A stretch of DNA of 64,000 nucleotides from Glaucostegus cemiculus. Taxonomy: Eukaryota. Under the pieces are notes generated by a model. That model searched no databases, was not told where the DNA came from, and saw only the letters and a program-made list of their open reading frames with translations. The stretch spans positions 930,001 to 994,000 of the forward strand of contig CDPCPM010000120.1 in assembly GCA_976551045.1 (NCBI GenBank). Direction: 5' to 3'. This document shows positions 14,555-26,569 of this stretch, piece after piece; position 1 is the stretch's first letter; every line of letters starts with the position of its first letter. The position numbers were made by a program, and so were the translations under genes.

Positions 14555-14685
14555 TTCAGCAAGCTCCCACAAACTGCAATGTGAATATCACCAGAAAATC
14601 TGTTTTTTAGTGAAGTCATTTTAGAGATAAATATTAGCCAGGACACCAGGAAGGTTGCCCCCTACTCTTTCTGAATTAAAGCTGT
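14555..14685 (-). mobile_element. Old Deu-domain-like SINE fragment (a related copy lies at ~13830-13970)
   Basis: cagcaag.tcccacaaac...ccaga.aatctgttttt...gataaatatt.gccaggacacc resembles shark Deu-SINE cores. Recognised from memory, not by alignment. Confidence 0.5.
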
Positions 14686-14689
14686 GGCA

Positions 14690-14900
14690 ATTTTCCAGTT
14701 CAGTGGGCATCAAGGGGAAAGCACTCCAGTGGTTGGAGTCACGTGATACACAAAGGGAAATGGTTGTGGTTGTCAAAGGTCAGTCATCCCAGCACAATGG
14801 AGCTCCTCACGGCTGTGTCCTAGCCCTAGCCATCTTCAGCTGCTTCATCTGTGGTCTTCCTCCCAATAAAAGGCCAGAAGTGGGGATGGTCACTGGGGAA
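14690..14900 (+). mobile_element. LINE RT fragment (CR1/L2 superfamily)
   Basis: GIKGKALQWLES...QREMVVVVKGQSS...GAPHGCVL, a decayed form of the GVPQGSVL motif. Confidence 0.75.
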
Positions 14901-15249
14901 CTTCATTTGCTGTGGAACTGAGCACCTCCAGTGTCTATTTGCACTTTGGCTCCTGTTCTCCCAATTCCACCATTGGTTGTCTCTTCTTCAACCACTACAT
15001 CCATAAGATTTGGGAGTCCCTTCTCATATTGTCTCCCTGCCTAGTTTAAAATAAACTTACATAACCCTTTTCTTCAGTCACGTACCTACCCACCTCCCCC
15101 GTCCCCACACTGTCCGCTTACCTCTTGCCGCACGCCCGCTGTGTATCACTCTGTCGTAAAGCTCTTGTGAGAAGTTCATTCTACACATTGAGGAGAACTG
15201 TTCCAAACCAAGCCACTGCCTTAAGAAAGTCAAAAGGCTTGTTTTGGGA

Positions 15250-16700
15250 AACAGAAAAAAAGCTCAAATTACTCATAGAGTTCCTTACATTATAGCAATA
15301 AAAATGTTGGCTGCTTATAATTAGAATTACCCACCTGTTACATAGCTGTTTGGTTATTTCACTCTTGTCCATCAACAGTAAATCAGGGGGAGGTTGTGGC
15401 CTCCAGAAATGGTAACCAAGAAGTTTTAGAAATGGGCACTCGTTATGAAAAACAGGTGGCAGCAAAGCAGCTTTGTAGGTATGCGTACATCTTGCATTAA
15501 TAAAATCTTCAAATAGCCCAAGCGAGAAGGCAAACTGATATTTAAAGGAGCAGTGTCATCTTGTGGAATAAGGGGAGGTGATATGATGCTGGGGGCAGTT
15601 CAGACAGCCTCTTCCATTACCAAACAATAGTGTTTATTTAACATTCTCTGGAGGGCTTCAGCCAAAATGCATTTACATTAACTTTCTCCTTTAAAGAAAA
15701 TTGTCAAGGCATCTTTTCTGTAAACTACGCAGTACATTTCTATTTATCGTAGGCATATTAAATGCAACCACACCATTTCCTGCCAAGCAGTAGCATTGTT
15801 AATGTGATGACATCAATGGCACAAATCAATGTTCTGTAAACAAAAATTGATGAAGTCTCTTCTGACATGGGCCCTTTAATACTTGTGAGCAAGACATTAT
15901 GATATCATAAAAAATGAGACTGGAAACATTATATATTTGCTTAGAGGCAGGTCAAAATTATCTGCTTATATTGAGATAAATCTAAACAGAGAATTGTAGA
16001 TTAATACTTTTCTCCCCTTTGTTTGAGGGGGCCATGTTTCTTTATGAATATCTATAGTACCGGTCATGTGATGTAGCATACTTGGAGTCCGTGTGGCACA
16101 GGTTACGTGCATAAATCAACTTTAATTTTAAGGTGGGTGGCAGCAAGGAAACAGCATTGAATATAGACAGAGAAAAATAGACTAAAACAGAGTGAAGGAT
16201 GCAGTGTACACAAATAAGCAGCTTAATGCATCTTGGCACACAGTGTAAGCCTTGTAGGAGCTCGAAGAGCCTCGGGCAATCTGTGAGTTGAATAGCAATT
16301 TTATTACTTTGTCATTAAACCAATTTCACAGCAGTATTGTTTGTTAATGAGCAGCAGCAAACGAGTGAAGATGTCACACAGTGGAATAGCAGTGAGATTT
16401 GTGACCAAGGACTGCATCATTCAGATGAAAAGGCCATCGAAGGCTATAAAAAGGAACGATTGGGGGTGGGGGGGGGGGGGTGTGGTTGAGGAGGGGGTTG
16501 GGGTGAGCAGTCAGTCTGATATTTCAGAGCAAACGACTGTAGAAATAATGTCAAAATAAAACTCGCTAAAGCAGATATGAAAAGCAGCGTGGCAGGTTGT
16601 GCTTTTAAACAGCTAAATGAGGGGAAAGAGCATCTATTTTTACCTGCGAACATTCTGCATTTCATTTTGTAAAATAATATGTTCCTTTTGATGATAACAG
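15250..16700. promoter_or_regulatory. Candidate intronic enhancer cluster
   Basis: Repeat-free and rich in homeodomain/forkhead-like motifs (ttgtcattaaaccaatt, tattgtttgttaatga), with retained CpGs. Conservation not computed. Confidence 0.4.
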
Positions 16701-17289
16701 CTTTATCAAAAGTCTTTATGTCCTTTGCACTTGAGCTTGGGAACTACCTTACTGAATAGCCAAATGGGACACTACTTCCACTAGCTGTTACCCTTTTATA
16801 TGCGGAATACAGAAGTCTTCACAGCAACACCTACCCATTCTGTGAGATTTGTAGTTTAAGCCAGCCAGTTAGCTTCAGTGCAAACAGGCTTTAACTTCGT
16901 CTCAACACGAATTGCAGTCTATAATTTCAAGGTGCAATCAAATCCATTCTACTCTGTGATGTATGCCCACTTCCAGGATTCAAACATTCATCATTTAGCC
17001 TCACGTCCGCTGCAGTATAACTGCAGTTTAAGATGAAGCTTTCTGCAGAGGATGCCCCTGCTCAGGACAATATCATACTGTATTGAATGCATTCAACTCG
17101 AATTTTAACATCAATCTCAAATAGACTTGCATGAAGAAGCACTGTAACTTTAAAGTCAAATTTGCATTAGTTAGGATTTATTTCCTGTGGAAGTCTTTCT
17201 TTCAAAAGAAATTCCACCAAATGAGGACCCGTAATCTCAATGGGTTTGTGGGCAATTGAGGTGCTCAAAATATTGGAAGGAGTTGACAG

Positions 17290-17585
17290 ACATGATACAG
17301 GAAAACTATTTTTGTTGAAGGGGGTATTGAAAATGATGGAACCTAGAATTAAAGTATAGAATAGGGAAACGTTGTTTAACTCGAAGGGACATAGAAATTT
17401 GGAATTCTCTCTCTCAAAGGGGTGGATATGAACCAATTAAAGTTTTGGAAACTGAGATTGATGGAACTTTGAAAGGGCAAAGCCAAGTCAGATAAATGGG
17501 ATTGAAGTGAAGGCCAGCGGGGATCTAATTGAAGGGCAGTGCAGGAGTGAGGGGGGTGCTGAATTGCCCTACTCCTGTCGCTGAT
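17290..17585 (+). mobile_element. Old CR1 3' fragment
   Basis: ttggaattctct...aaactgagattgat...ctgaattgccctactcctg pattern. Confidence 0.55.
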
Positions 17586-20500
17586 GTTCTTTTTCCAAAA
17601 CATGACAGGATTGAGAGAAAACCTCACTGATGCTATTGCGAGTTTTTCTGTTGCAGAGATCTGATTATCCTGCTTAATCTGCCCTTGGTACAATATGGTT
17701 AAACTCTCTTCCAACCCAGTGCTCATCTTGACAGTCCTGGGAGTCTAGCAAGACTTTTTTACGCCTGGCAGGGCAGAAACCACTGGCTGACCTGTTCTAG
17801 TTGGCAACTTTTCAAGTTTATCCTGCTCCTGGGGTACAATTGGATAGAATTGTCAGACTGATCAATTCACTTGTAGATTCCTTCCATTATGCATGGCACA
17901 TTATATATTTTCACTGTTCTTATGATACAGGTAATGCAAAAAAGCTTTATTTTCAGAGGAAAGTAATTTGCACTGCTCATGTCAGAAAGAAAGGAGAGCA
18001 AATGGTCTAAAGGGATTTCAGATGATTATAGTTGTTTACCAATACCTGCTGGCTTCACTAGTGAGAGTGCATTTCATGGAGGCTATCAGTAACACTAAAA
18101 CCAGTGATAGGCAGCTTGTGGCAAACAGACATTTAAGGTAGAACACCATGTTTGGCAGAAGGTGAAGATAAATTGAATTTAAGAGGATTCCACAGAAGGG
18201 CTGATGTTATCAAACCTGATTGGACCATTTGATATGGACTGTAGTTTGTGAATGTGTCAATTAAACTTCTAACGGTTGAGTGCTGCTCTACAATTTCCAG
18301 TAGTCAGGACTATGTTCATTGGCTGCTTACAAGTGCTTCAGATTGCCAAGTTATTAAAATACATTTTTTGTTTCACTGAAAATTAATCTGTGCAGTACAA
18401 TTGTGATGGCTTAAGCTGGCACCTTTTGTAAATTGACTGCAGTTTAGAAAAAATTCTCCAGATATTAATGCAGACCAGACAGATAGTTAAGAGGCAGTCA
18501 CCACAGGGACTAGGACTAATAGTCACCTGTCTTAAGTGGTTAGGTCTAGACATCAGTTTCTGATCCCTTGTGTGTGAAACCTTGGTCTCTATTGGTCAAA
18601 CCATTATCAGTCTGCAAAGGGGAATGAAACAGCTTAATATTCACATAAATATGTGCCAACTGTTCATATTATATTCCAATTTTGTTGCACTCCTAATTAT
18701 TAACTACATTTTAGAATTTGCTTTAAAAAGTACTAATCAGTCCTCTTATTATGTCCAAGTCCCCTTTTTTTAACAAAAAAATGACATCGTTAAATATTGA
18801 GAAATTTGGGAACTTTAGCACTTCAAGGTTATCCATTATCTTTTATCTTTTGCTTGGTTATGAAAGTTTTATCAAAGTAGGTCGACTCCTTCTGTCTCTC
18901 TGTAAATGCTGAAAGATAAGTCACTTGTTTGATAGTCATAGCCATGATGGTGATGAAGCAAGTTGAAAAATCCAGTGGGGAAGATTGACAAGTTTAAAAT
19001 AGCACCCCCTTTAGGTTCGTTCAGATATCATCATTTAACCTTGCCGAAATGTGCACAAATTATTCATGTTTTTTTGTGGAAAGCTAATGTATTGACATAG
19101 TTTAATGGCGTTGATATTGAATGTGCACATTAATTATGTTGATATTTGGCAGTGTTATGTAAATCCACTGTATGTGATTTCAGCAAGTGGAGAAGAAGCT
19201 AATTTGAAAAATGCACATCAGTCATAAAGATGTTAGGAAACCAGTGATGGCTCATTATATCACATTTATTCATCCGCTCTGAGACTGGAACATTTGGACA
19301 AATCATTCAGGCTAACAATATGGATTTTTATTTTAATTGATAAACTTAGGTTTTAGTGACAAGCGGTTGGAAAGTACAAGTCAGAAAATACCAATTTTAT
19401 TAAAACTAGGTTTGATGCAGATCGTCCAAGAGTTTAGTGATTTTCGATTTGTAAATGCCTCACAAATTGGGCATACAGAAAAATGCTGTCTAAAGATATT
19501 TTGAAGTGGACTTTTGTCTGTTCTTTTAATTCCATTATATATTAAAACAAATAGTTGAAGGAGAGTGTCTTTCGTACAAACATACTTGAGGTTTAACGTG
19601 AGTGTAAAGTAGAGAAAGCACTATGCACTATTAATGTCATATGATTCAGAAAACACGATTCAGTGGCCTCAGGGATGAACCTGACACACCACTCTACAAC
19701 CAGTATCTTCTTTCATTTGCGTTTTCTTGACAGTTAGGCTTTGTGGGTTTTGCCTTGGGATCTGGGAGAAGTCTGGCTGGTCTGTTGTTTTAATCCAGTG
19801 CTCCACCAATAGGTACAGATTTAGCTCTGATCTGAGTCCCTTGCTGAGTGTTTGCATTTCATTTGTGTAATATCCTAAAATATATTTTGTAGTGTTCATA
19901 TAAAAAATGAAGTCTAAATCCAATGAAGCCTATGGTTGCACTTTTTGATTTGGTTGCTAAAGATCATTACTTGCAGATACGTCCTTATGTAAATAGTTCA
20001 GAAGCTAAAGCAAAATGAAATTGGTATTTTGTATTATGTCTGAGTAGGGGCTGTTGAATGTAGGAATGATGTTGGACAATATTGATTAAATAATTATCAC
20101 TTTATCCTTGCATAGAATTGCCCTGCTGTTGTTCCACTGCAAATAATTTTAAACTCTGCTAATACACAATGCAGGCTGCTCACTGTCTACTGTAATGACA
20201 GAGCAACAACTCTCTGTGGAGTCAATCAGTCCCGTAATTGAGATATTTTCCACTCTGTTCCTGATTCACTGCTCTTATTCTAAATGACACTTGCAGGAGT
20301 AGTTGGAGGTCAGGCACTTCAGTTTATTGACCTGAACTAGTGGTTTCAAAGATTTGTAAGGTAGGCCGAGGAGCTGACTACAAGATGAAAACAAATGTAT
20401 GGTTTACTGTTCTGCAACATAAAAAAAGCATGTTCAAAATAATAAGCTAGTTTCTAGTTGCTTCTGCTGTGCCCAATGTTTTTTAAAACTATAATTATCT

Positions 20501-20832
20501 CCAGATTGCACTGTATTTATTACAAGAATTGAGACTCATCCCTCTGCATGTTGAGTTTAGGATTTATTAAATCCATTAATATAATCTCTAATCCAATCAA
20601 GTAATCTTACACGGCTGCATAAAAGTGGGGTATTGATTATGTTTAGAGTTTATCATCATGGGTGATTAATAGCAAAGCATCTTAACCACATTAGATTTAT
20701 CTACACAGAGAAATGCTCACTGGACCTTCCAAAAATCTTTTCACAGAACCATCTATCCTGCACTCTGTAAATGACAATCCAGCCTAATGCTACACCTGAA
20801 GTGAAAGCTTTATAATGGTGACATAGTGAAGG

Positions 20833-21134
20833 GCAGGCACGGTAGTGTAGCAGTTAGCGTAACGCTATTACAGCGCCAGCGACCTGGGTTCAATTGCAGC
20901 CACTGTCTGTAAGGAGTTCTCCCCATCTCTGCATGGGTTTCCTCCGGGTGCTCCGGTTTCCTCCCACATTCCAAAGACGTACGGGTTAGGAAGTTGTGGG
21001 CATGTTATGTTGGCACCCGAAGCATGGTGATACTTACGGGCTGCCCTCAGAACACTCTATGCAAAAGATGCATTTCACTGTGTGTTTCGATGTACACGTG
21101 ACTAATAAAGATATCTTATCCTTTCTTATCTTAT
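20833..21134 (+). mobile_element. Full-length tRNA-derived V-SINE
   Basis: tRNA head with B-box ggttcaattgc (20887-20897), V-domain tgggtttcctccgggtgctccggtttcctcccaca, then aataaa and a (tctta)n tail. Three further copies are in the window. Confidence 0.92.
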
Positions 21135-23324
21135 ATGTGGAGGGTGACGAGCTGATTTTTACTTCAGCAATATACATGTCAAGATAGCATTTTTGGGTCT
21201 GGGTTAATGGATCTAATCCCAGTAAGGAATCTTCATTCTGATTTGCTCTATGGATCCTGAGAGAATTTTTGTTTTGTGACTGACAGAGAGCCAAATATAA
21301 AGTTACCTCTCTAATCCCCATTCTTTAGGTCTTATAGCCTTAATAAATAAAAAAGGAAAAATGCTCTTGACTGTGGGTAAGGCTTTAGAGGTCAGCAGAA
21401 ATATGAAGTACACTTCAGGCAAGATTTGCCATAGGGGAGGATGGAGCATTCTTTCTTAGTATGGAAATGGGTAGTATGTATGCAGTTTGGACGAGATGGT
21501 TGCCACAATAAGGCTCCTTTCATACAGGTGTGTTTATGCCCCAGGCGTGTTGGCCACAGTCCATTCAATGTACAGAAGTTAAATTGAACAATAACAACTG
21601 AATCTCGAAAGGTGAGCATCAGAAGAGATGCCTGAGAGCTGTCTCGGAGCCAACGAAAGCCTGTTGCAGTTGTCAGAGCTTGTTGATGTTGCAATGAACA
21701 ATGCAGTTTTCCACCAGATTTCATGGTTCTGCCTTAGGAAAGAAAGTAAAATAGAACAGAAGAACAAAGTCCTAGTACATAAATCAGCAGCTGCTCTTTG
21801 CCAGATCAAAGGAATGACATTCTTGCTCCTGCTCTGCTTGTCCACTTCAGGTGGTTGATAGACAGCTAACAGCTGGCCTACCCCTGATGATAACTGGACC
21901 ATATTATCTTTTGGAGGATCAATAATAAAATTTATTATGACTTTAATTGAAATAACAAAAGGAAAATTGGAAGTATTAAATTATGTGAACCCTTTTACTG
22001 AACAACCAAATGTAGGAAGAGCTCATTTCCTCCTCTCAAAACTTGGTCTGCTGATAGGTGATTCTTGTCTTATTGACCCATCGTGTAACCATTGTCACAT
22101 CGAGTTTACCTCTGGAATGAACAAAGGTGTTCAATTGCTAAGGTTCAAATTATTTTATTTTTATTCACTTGTCAAGTAACTCCCACGCTTTCACAGTCAA
22201 GGCATTATTTAATTTGTTGTATTCCCTACAACTGTAATTACTCTGTCTCGCCCTTCCTACTTGATGGCAAGACTTTAAAAATATATACTTGCCCACGCAA
22301 AAGGTTACATTTAAATGTTAATAAGCGATAGACACAGTCTATTCTGTAACCATTTTTATCAAATATATTCCATTTCAACTCTAGGGTAAGGTTTGCTGGA
22401 TTGAATTACTAGTTGCATTAAATGCTGTATTTGAAGTTTTGAAACACATTGTTTATTTTGAAAACTTATCAATAATTAACACCGAAACCCTTGATAACAG
22501 TTTAATTAATTTTACTGCAATACTGTTGTATGTGATTTTTTTTTCATTACATTAGTTCAAGTAGTTTTTAGAGCACAAAATGTTTATTAAAACAAGACTA
22601 ATCAGTGCATTAGAACTGTAATTATATACTAATTAAATGACAACTAATTTGAAGAATTCTGAGTATTGATAAATCTAAAAAGATATAAATATTAACACAT
22701 TTAATTAAAAGATCAATTAAATAATAGTCTTCCAAAATTATTTTCTTTACACAAGGCAAATTGTTCTGGTTAATTTATGATTAGTACTTTAGGGAGGTTG
22801 AAAATTACTTTATGAATGAAAGAGACTTACATGCGAAGATGACAAGAATCTGCAGATAAGCCGGAGCTGATAAAATTGAACATGCCTATTCACAACCTTT
22901 CACTCAAACCTGGCGTTACAGTTGTACTTTTTCAACATCTCATCAATGAAAATTATAACCTATCAGGAGATAAACCTATCAAATCAGTGCAGGCACAAGG
23001 CTGAGTATTCCATGAAGGGAACAATCCATAAAAAATGCCCAGGGGTAAAACATTGAACAACCCACCAATCAGCTGTCACCCTCATCCTATCCCAAACCCT
23101 AGCAAAAGGACTATTTAACAAATAGCAAATGGAAACCAAAGTGTATTATGGAGAAACATCTGCTCCTTGTGGGAGTCAAATTTGGCTGAAGATTAAGGTC
23201 CACAAGGAAGGCATTAGAATCATCTTTCATTTGGTTCTGTTGTGTTGCAACCTTCATAGAACCCTAAACAAAACCTAGACCAGCCCTCAGCAGGTCTCAG
23301 CATATGAAGGTCTGGTGGGACTGT

Positions 23325-23445
23325 CAGAGGTCTCGACCCAAGACGTCGACTGTTTATTTCCCTCCATAGCTGCTGCCTGACCTGCTGAGTTCCTCCAACA
23401 TTTTGTGTGTGTTGCTGCAGATACCAGCAACTGCAGAATCTCTTG
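23325..23445 (+). mobile_element. Penelope terminal fragment with a decayed hammerhead motif
   Basis: ggtctcgaccca-agacgtcgactg...gctgcctgacctgctgagttcctcca...ctgcagaatctc. Confidence 0.8.
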
Positions 23446-23585
23446 CATCAGAGGTAAATGGGGCAGGATGTAGGCAGCAGCCAACCCTAATCAGCTGACT
23501 CCATAAAGTCCCAGGGGGTTGTTAATGGGAGATAACAGAGGAAATGTGTGCCTACCAATGACCACCATGGAAATTGCTTTTTAAA

Positions 23586-23740
23586 GTGATCAGTGGGTTC
23601 ACTGAGGCACCTCAAGTTCAGGTCTAATCAATGGGTTACTTCAAGGTGAAGGGTGATCAGTGGGTTCACTGAGTTACTTCGAGGTGAAAGGTGATCAGTG
23701 GGTTCACTCAGGTACCTCAAGGTGAAGGAGGATCAATGGG
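23586..23740. repeat. Minisatellite, ~38-39 bp unit, ~4 degenerate copies
   Basis: gtgatcagtgggttcact recurs at ~23586, 23653 and 23691, with a partial copy at ~23731. Confidence 0.85.
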
Positions 23741-24024
23741 ATTGGGTTCAGCTTCATTTTTTTCCCAAGTGACCATTATTAAAATAAGAGCTTATTTAAC
23801 ATAAAGGGTAACATTATTGAACCTAATCCCTTTTTACCCTTGGAGCCCAGCCTGAAACAGAAAACCTGGCTAACTTTCTGCATCCTTAATCCAAGGGTGT
23901 CAAGTCTAGTTTAAGTAGACTGTAGTCTGCTGAACTACAGTCAGTAGTAGCTCCAGCTGACGTTTGAAAGTGGTACCTTGCTGATGAAGTAGTCCTATAC
24001 TAATCACCAAATGAGATACCGGGA

Positions 24025-24492
24025 ATAAAAACAGAAAATGCTGGAAAGACTTAGGTGGACAGGCAACATGTGTGGAAAGAGAAACAGAGTTAACGTAGAA
24101 CATTACAGCGCAGTACAGGCCCTTTGGCCCACAATGTTGTGTTGACATTTTTTTATTCTGCTATAAGATCTATCTAACCCTTCTCCCCCACATAGCCCTC
24201 CATTTCTCTATCATTCAAGTGTCTATCTAAGAGTCTCTTACATTGTCCCTAATGTATCTGCCCCCACCACCTCTATCAGCAGTGTGTTACACACACCCAC
24301 CACTCTCTGCATAAAAAAACTTACCTCTGACATCCCCCTTATACCTTCCTCCAATCACCTTAAAATGATGCCTCCTCGTGTTAGCCGTTGTCGCCCTGAG
24401 AAAAAGTCTCTGACTGTCCACTCGATCTATGACTCTTATCATCTTGTACACTTCTATCACATCAGGTTAACGTTTCAGGTTGAGGATCCTTC
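24025..24492 (-). mobile_element. Penelope terminal fragment interrupted by a CR1 3' end
   Basis: acagaaaatgctggaa...gaaacagagttaacg resumes after the insertion as gttaacgtttcaggttgaggatccttc. Confidence 0.75.
24097..24465 (-). mobile_element. CR1 3' end with 8-bp flanking duplication GTTAACGT
   Basis: agaacattacagcgcagtacaggccctttggcccaca is an inverse CR1 tail. GTTAACGT occurs at 24089-24096 and 24466-24473. Confidence 0.85.
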
Positions 24493-25344
24493 TTTGGGCA
24501 CAATATTATTTTGCTACAGATGTACAGTGTGCACAGCTGAATGTTCAAACCATGACATCTTTATGTTCAACCTTAGGATTTGTATACTTAAGGCCATGGA
24601 CTAAGGCTGCCTTGTGCTGATCTCTTGGCATCGTGGGGGGCAGCTGCCTTTGCATTTTGATATCCAGTCACAACCACACAACGTTGGTGCAATTCATGCA
24701 AGTGGATAAGTAGGACAATGGCCTTCACATTGGCCATTACGTCAGGGAGATGCAGAATAGACAGCTGGTGACACCAGTCCTTGTGCACCACTAACTTGAC
24801 ACCAGCCCTGCCGTGTTGGCCTGCAGTGAGCCTGATGATGCATTCATGTTTGCACCATTACAGAAAGTCTAGCCTTCACAGCAGGAAAAGCCAACTGACA
24901 CCAACCCCCACCAACCCAGATCCCACCTGCACCCTACTTGTGTCATCTAAAGAGATCCACAATGACTTGGATGCTTAGCAGGGATTGAATCGAAGATTGT
25001 TAGGTTTGAGAGAATTGTGAGGCGTGAGTGTTTTTGTGACAGGTGTAATATCTGTGTCTAACGCTGTGGTGCAAAGGATTCCTTATAGTGGAATTAATGG
25101 GCACTTTGATGATGTGTGTTTGCTTGGGCTTCTCGCATTAAACGCTGACATTGATCCTATCTGACATGTGTGCCGTTTAGCACACTCCATTCTTACCCAA
25201 TGCTAGCTTTTCTTGTAAATTCACATCATTCACAGTAGATATTGGTTATTTAATTCTTATCTAATATTGGGGTGATTTAAATATTCCACATTCCCACACA
25301 AGATTAGTATAATCTGTACATTCGCACCATGTTGCCCAATGTAG

Positions 25345-26272
25345 CTTCATTTGTGCACCCATACTCCTCTCCAAGATTGATGCTGTTTTCACAGGCACAT
25401 CACTATTTGTACACACATGGTGAGAAACTGGATCTCACCCCATCCGAATACCGTTTTACCCGGAGTAAATCTTGACAGTGCTCATTTTCATGTGAGATTG
25501 CCTCAATCACAAAATTGACTTATGGTTGCAATCCACATCTGAAGTGAATGCACCGAGTGAGCTCACTCGCCATGCAATGCCCATCGCTGCCCGTACCGCC
25601 ATAAATCCGAGCTCCGCACTGCAGGCACTGCGACACAGCCTCATTCAAGCTTGTGGCATGACAGGCTCATGTGCGGCTTGAGATTTCAAGGGACTGTGCC
25701 GACTTCAGGAGACCTGACTGGGGCAGTCTCAGAACCCACTGCAGGCTGCTCACACACTAGCCGAAGTCCACGGGGAGTGCTAACTCTAACAGGGAGTTCC
25801 TTCTGTGGCCAGAATTTCACTCTCTTTCTGTGGGTGCCTCAGTGGTGTCACTGCTGGCACCACCATTACTGGAGTGGCATGGCTGGCCACTCAGGGTGAG
25901 TGCCTTGGTGCAGAAAGCACAGACTGCCCATCTGCAAAATGTCTACTTCCACAATAACTTTAGAAACATCTTGCTTGGACCCTCTGATGAACATTGCATT
26001 TACTGGGACATAAGAGATTCTGCAGATGCTGGAATCTGGAGCAACACACAAACTGCTGGAGGAACCCAACAGGTCAGGCAGCATCTGTGGAGGGAAATAA
26101 ACAGTAGATGTCTCGGAGGTCCTTCTTCATTTGTGCACCCATACTCCTGCCCAAGATTGACGCTGTTTCCACAGGCACATCACTATTTGTACACACATGG
26201 CTAGAAATCGGATCTCACCTCATCCGATTTCCATTTTACCATGTGAGATTGCCTCAATCACAAAATTGACTT
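25345..26272 (+). repeat. Direct duplication: 25345-25521 and 26125-26272
   Basis: cttcatttgtgcacccatactcct...gcctcaatcacaaaattgactt occurs twice. The second copy lacks ~29 nt. Confidence 0.95.
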
Positions 26273-26365
26273 GGAGGCCCTCCCCTTCCCCCGACCTTCT
26301 GATTCTGGCTTCTGCCCTCCTCCTTTCCAGTCCTGATGAAGGGTCTCAACCTGAAACGTTGATCA
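26008..26365. mobile_element. Penelope inverted terminal fragments enclosing captured local DNA
   Basis: 26008-26124 is a minus-strand terminus (ctgcagatgctggaatc...caggtcaggcagcatctgtggagggaaa). 26273-26365 is a plus-strand terminus. Confidence 0.8.
26328..26365 (+). ncRNA. Minimal hammerhead ribozyme motif of Penelope type (stem I degenerate)
   Basis: cagtc-CTGATGA-a-GGGT-ctca-ACCT-GAAA-CGTT-gatca: both core boxes intact, 4-bp stem II, palindromic AACGTT. Confidence 0.65.
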
Positions 26366-26569
26366 TATTCACTGGTTAAGGTTTCCCAAGGCTGACATCA
26401 CTAAGATCACTGGGACTATCCTGCAGTCTATCCAAACTAGTGGGATATTGATGAGCAAAGTCACAGGCAAGCTGCAGAGAAGCACAGAAGCCACATGGAG
26501 TGAAGATGGAAGGACATAAGCCATCCGAATTAGCAGTAACATAAGGAACAAAGTGAGGGAGGAAACATG

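Noticed and set aside
20833-20905. tRNA gene
   Set aside because: It is the tRNA-derived head of a SINE, continuing into the V-domain, and no complete cloverleaf is evident.
23586-23740. CRISPR-like repeat-spacer array
   Set aside because: The intervening sequences are homologous to each other (tandem repeat), the context is vertebrate, and there are no cas genes.
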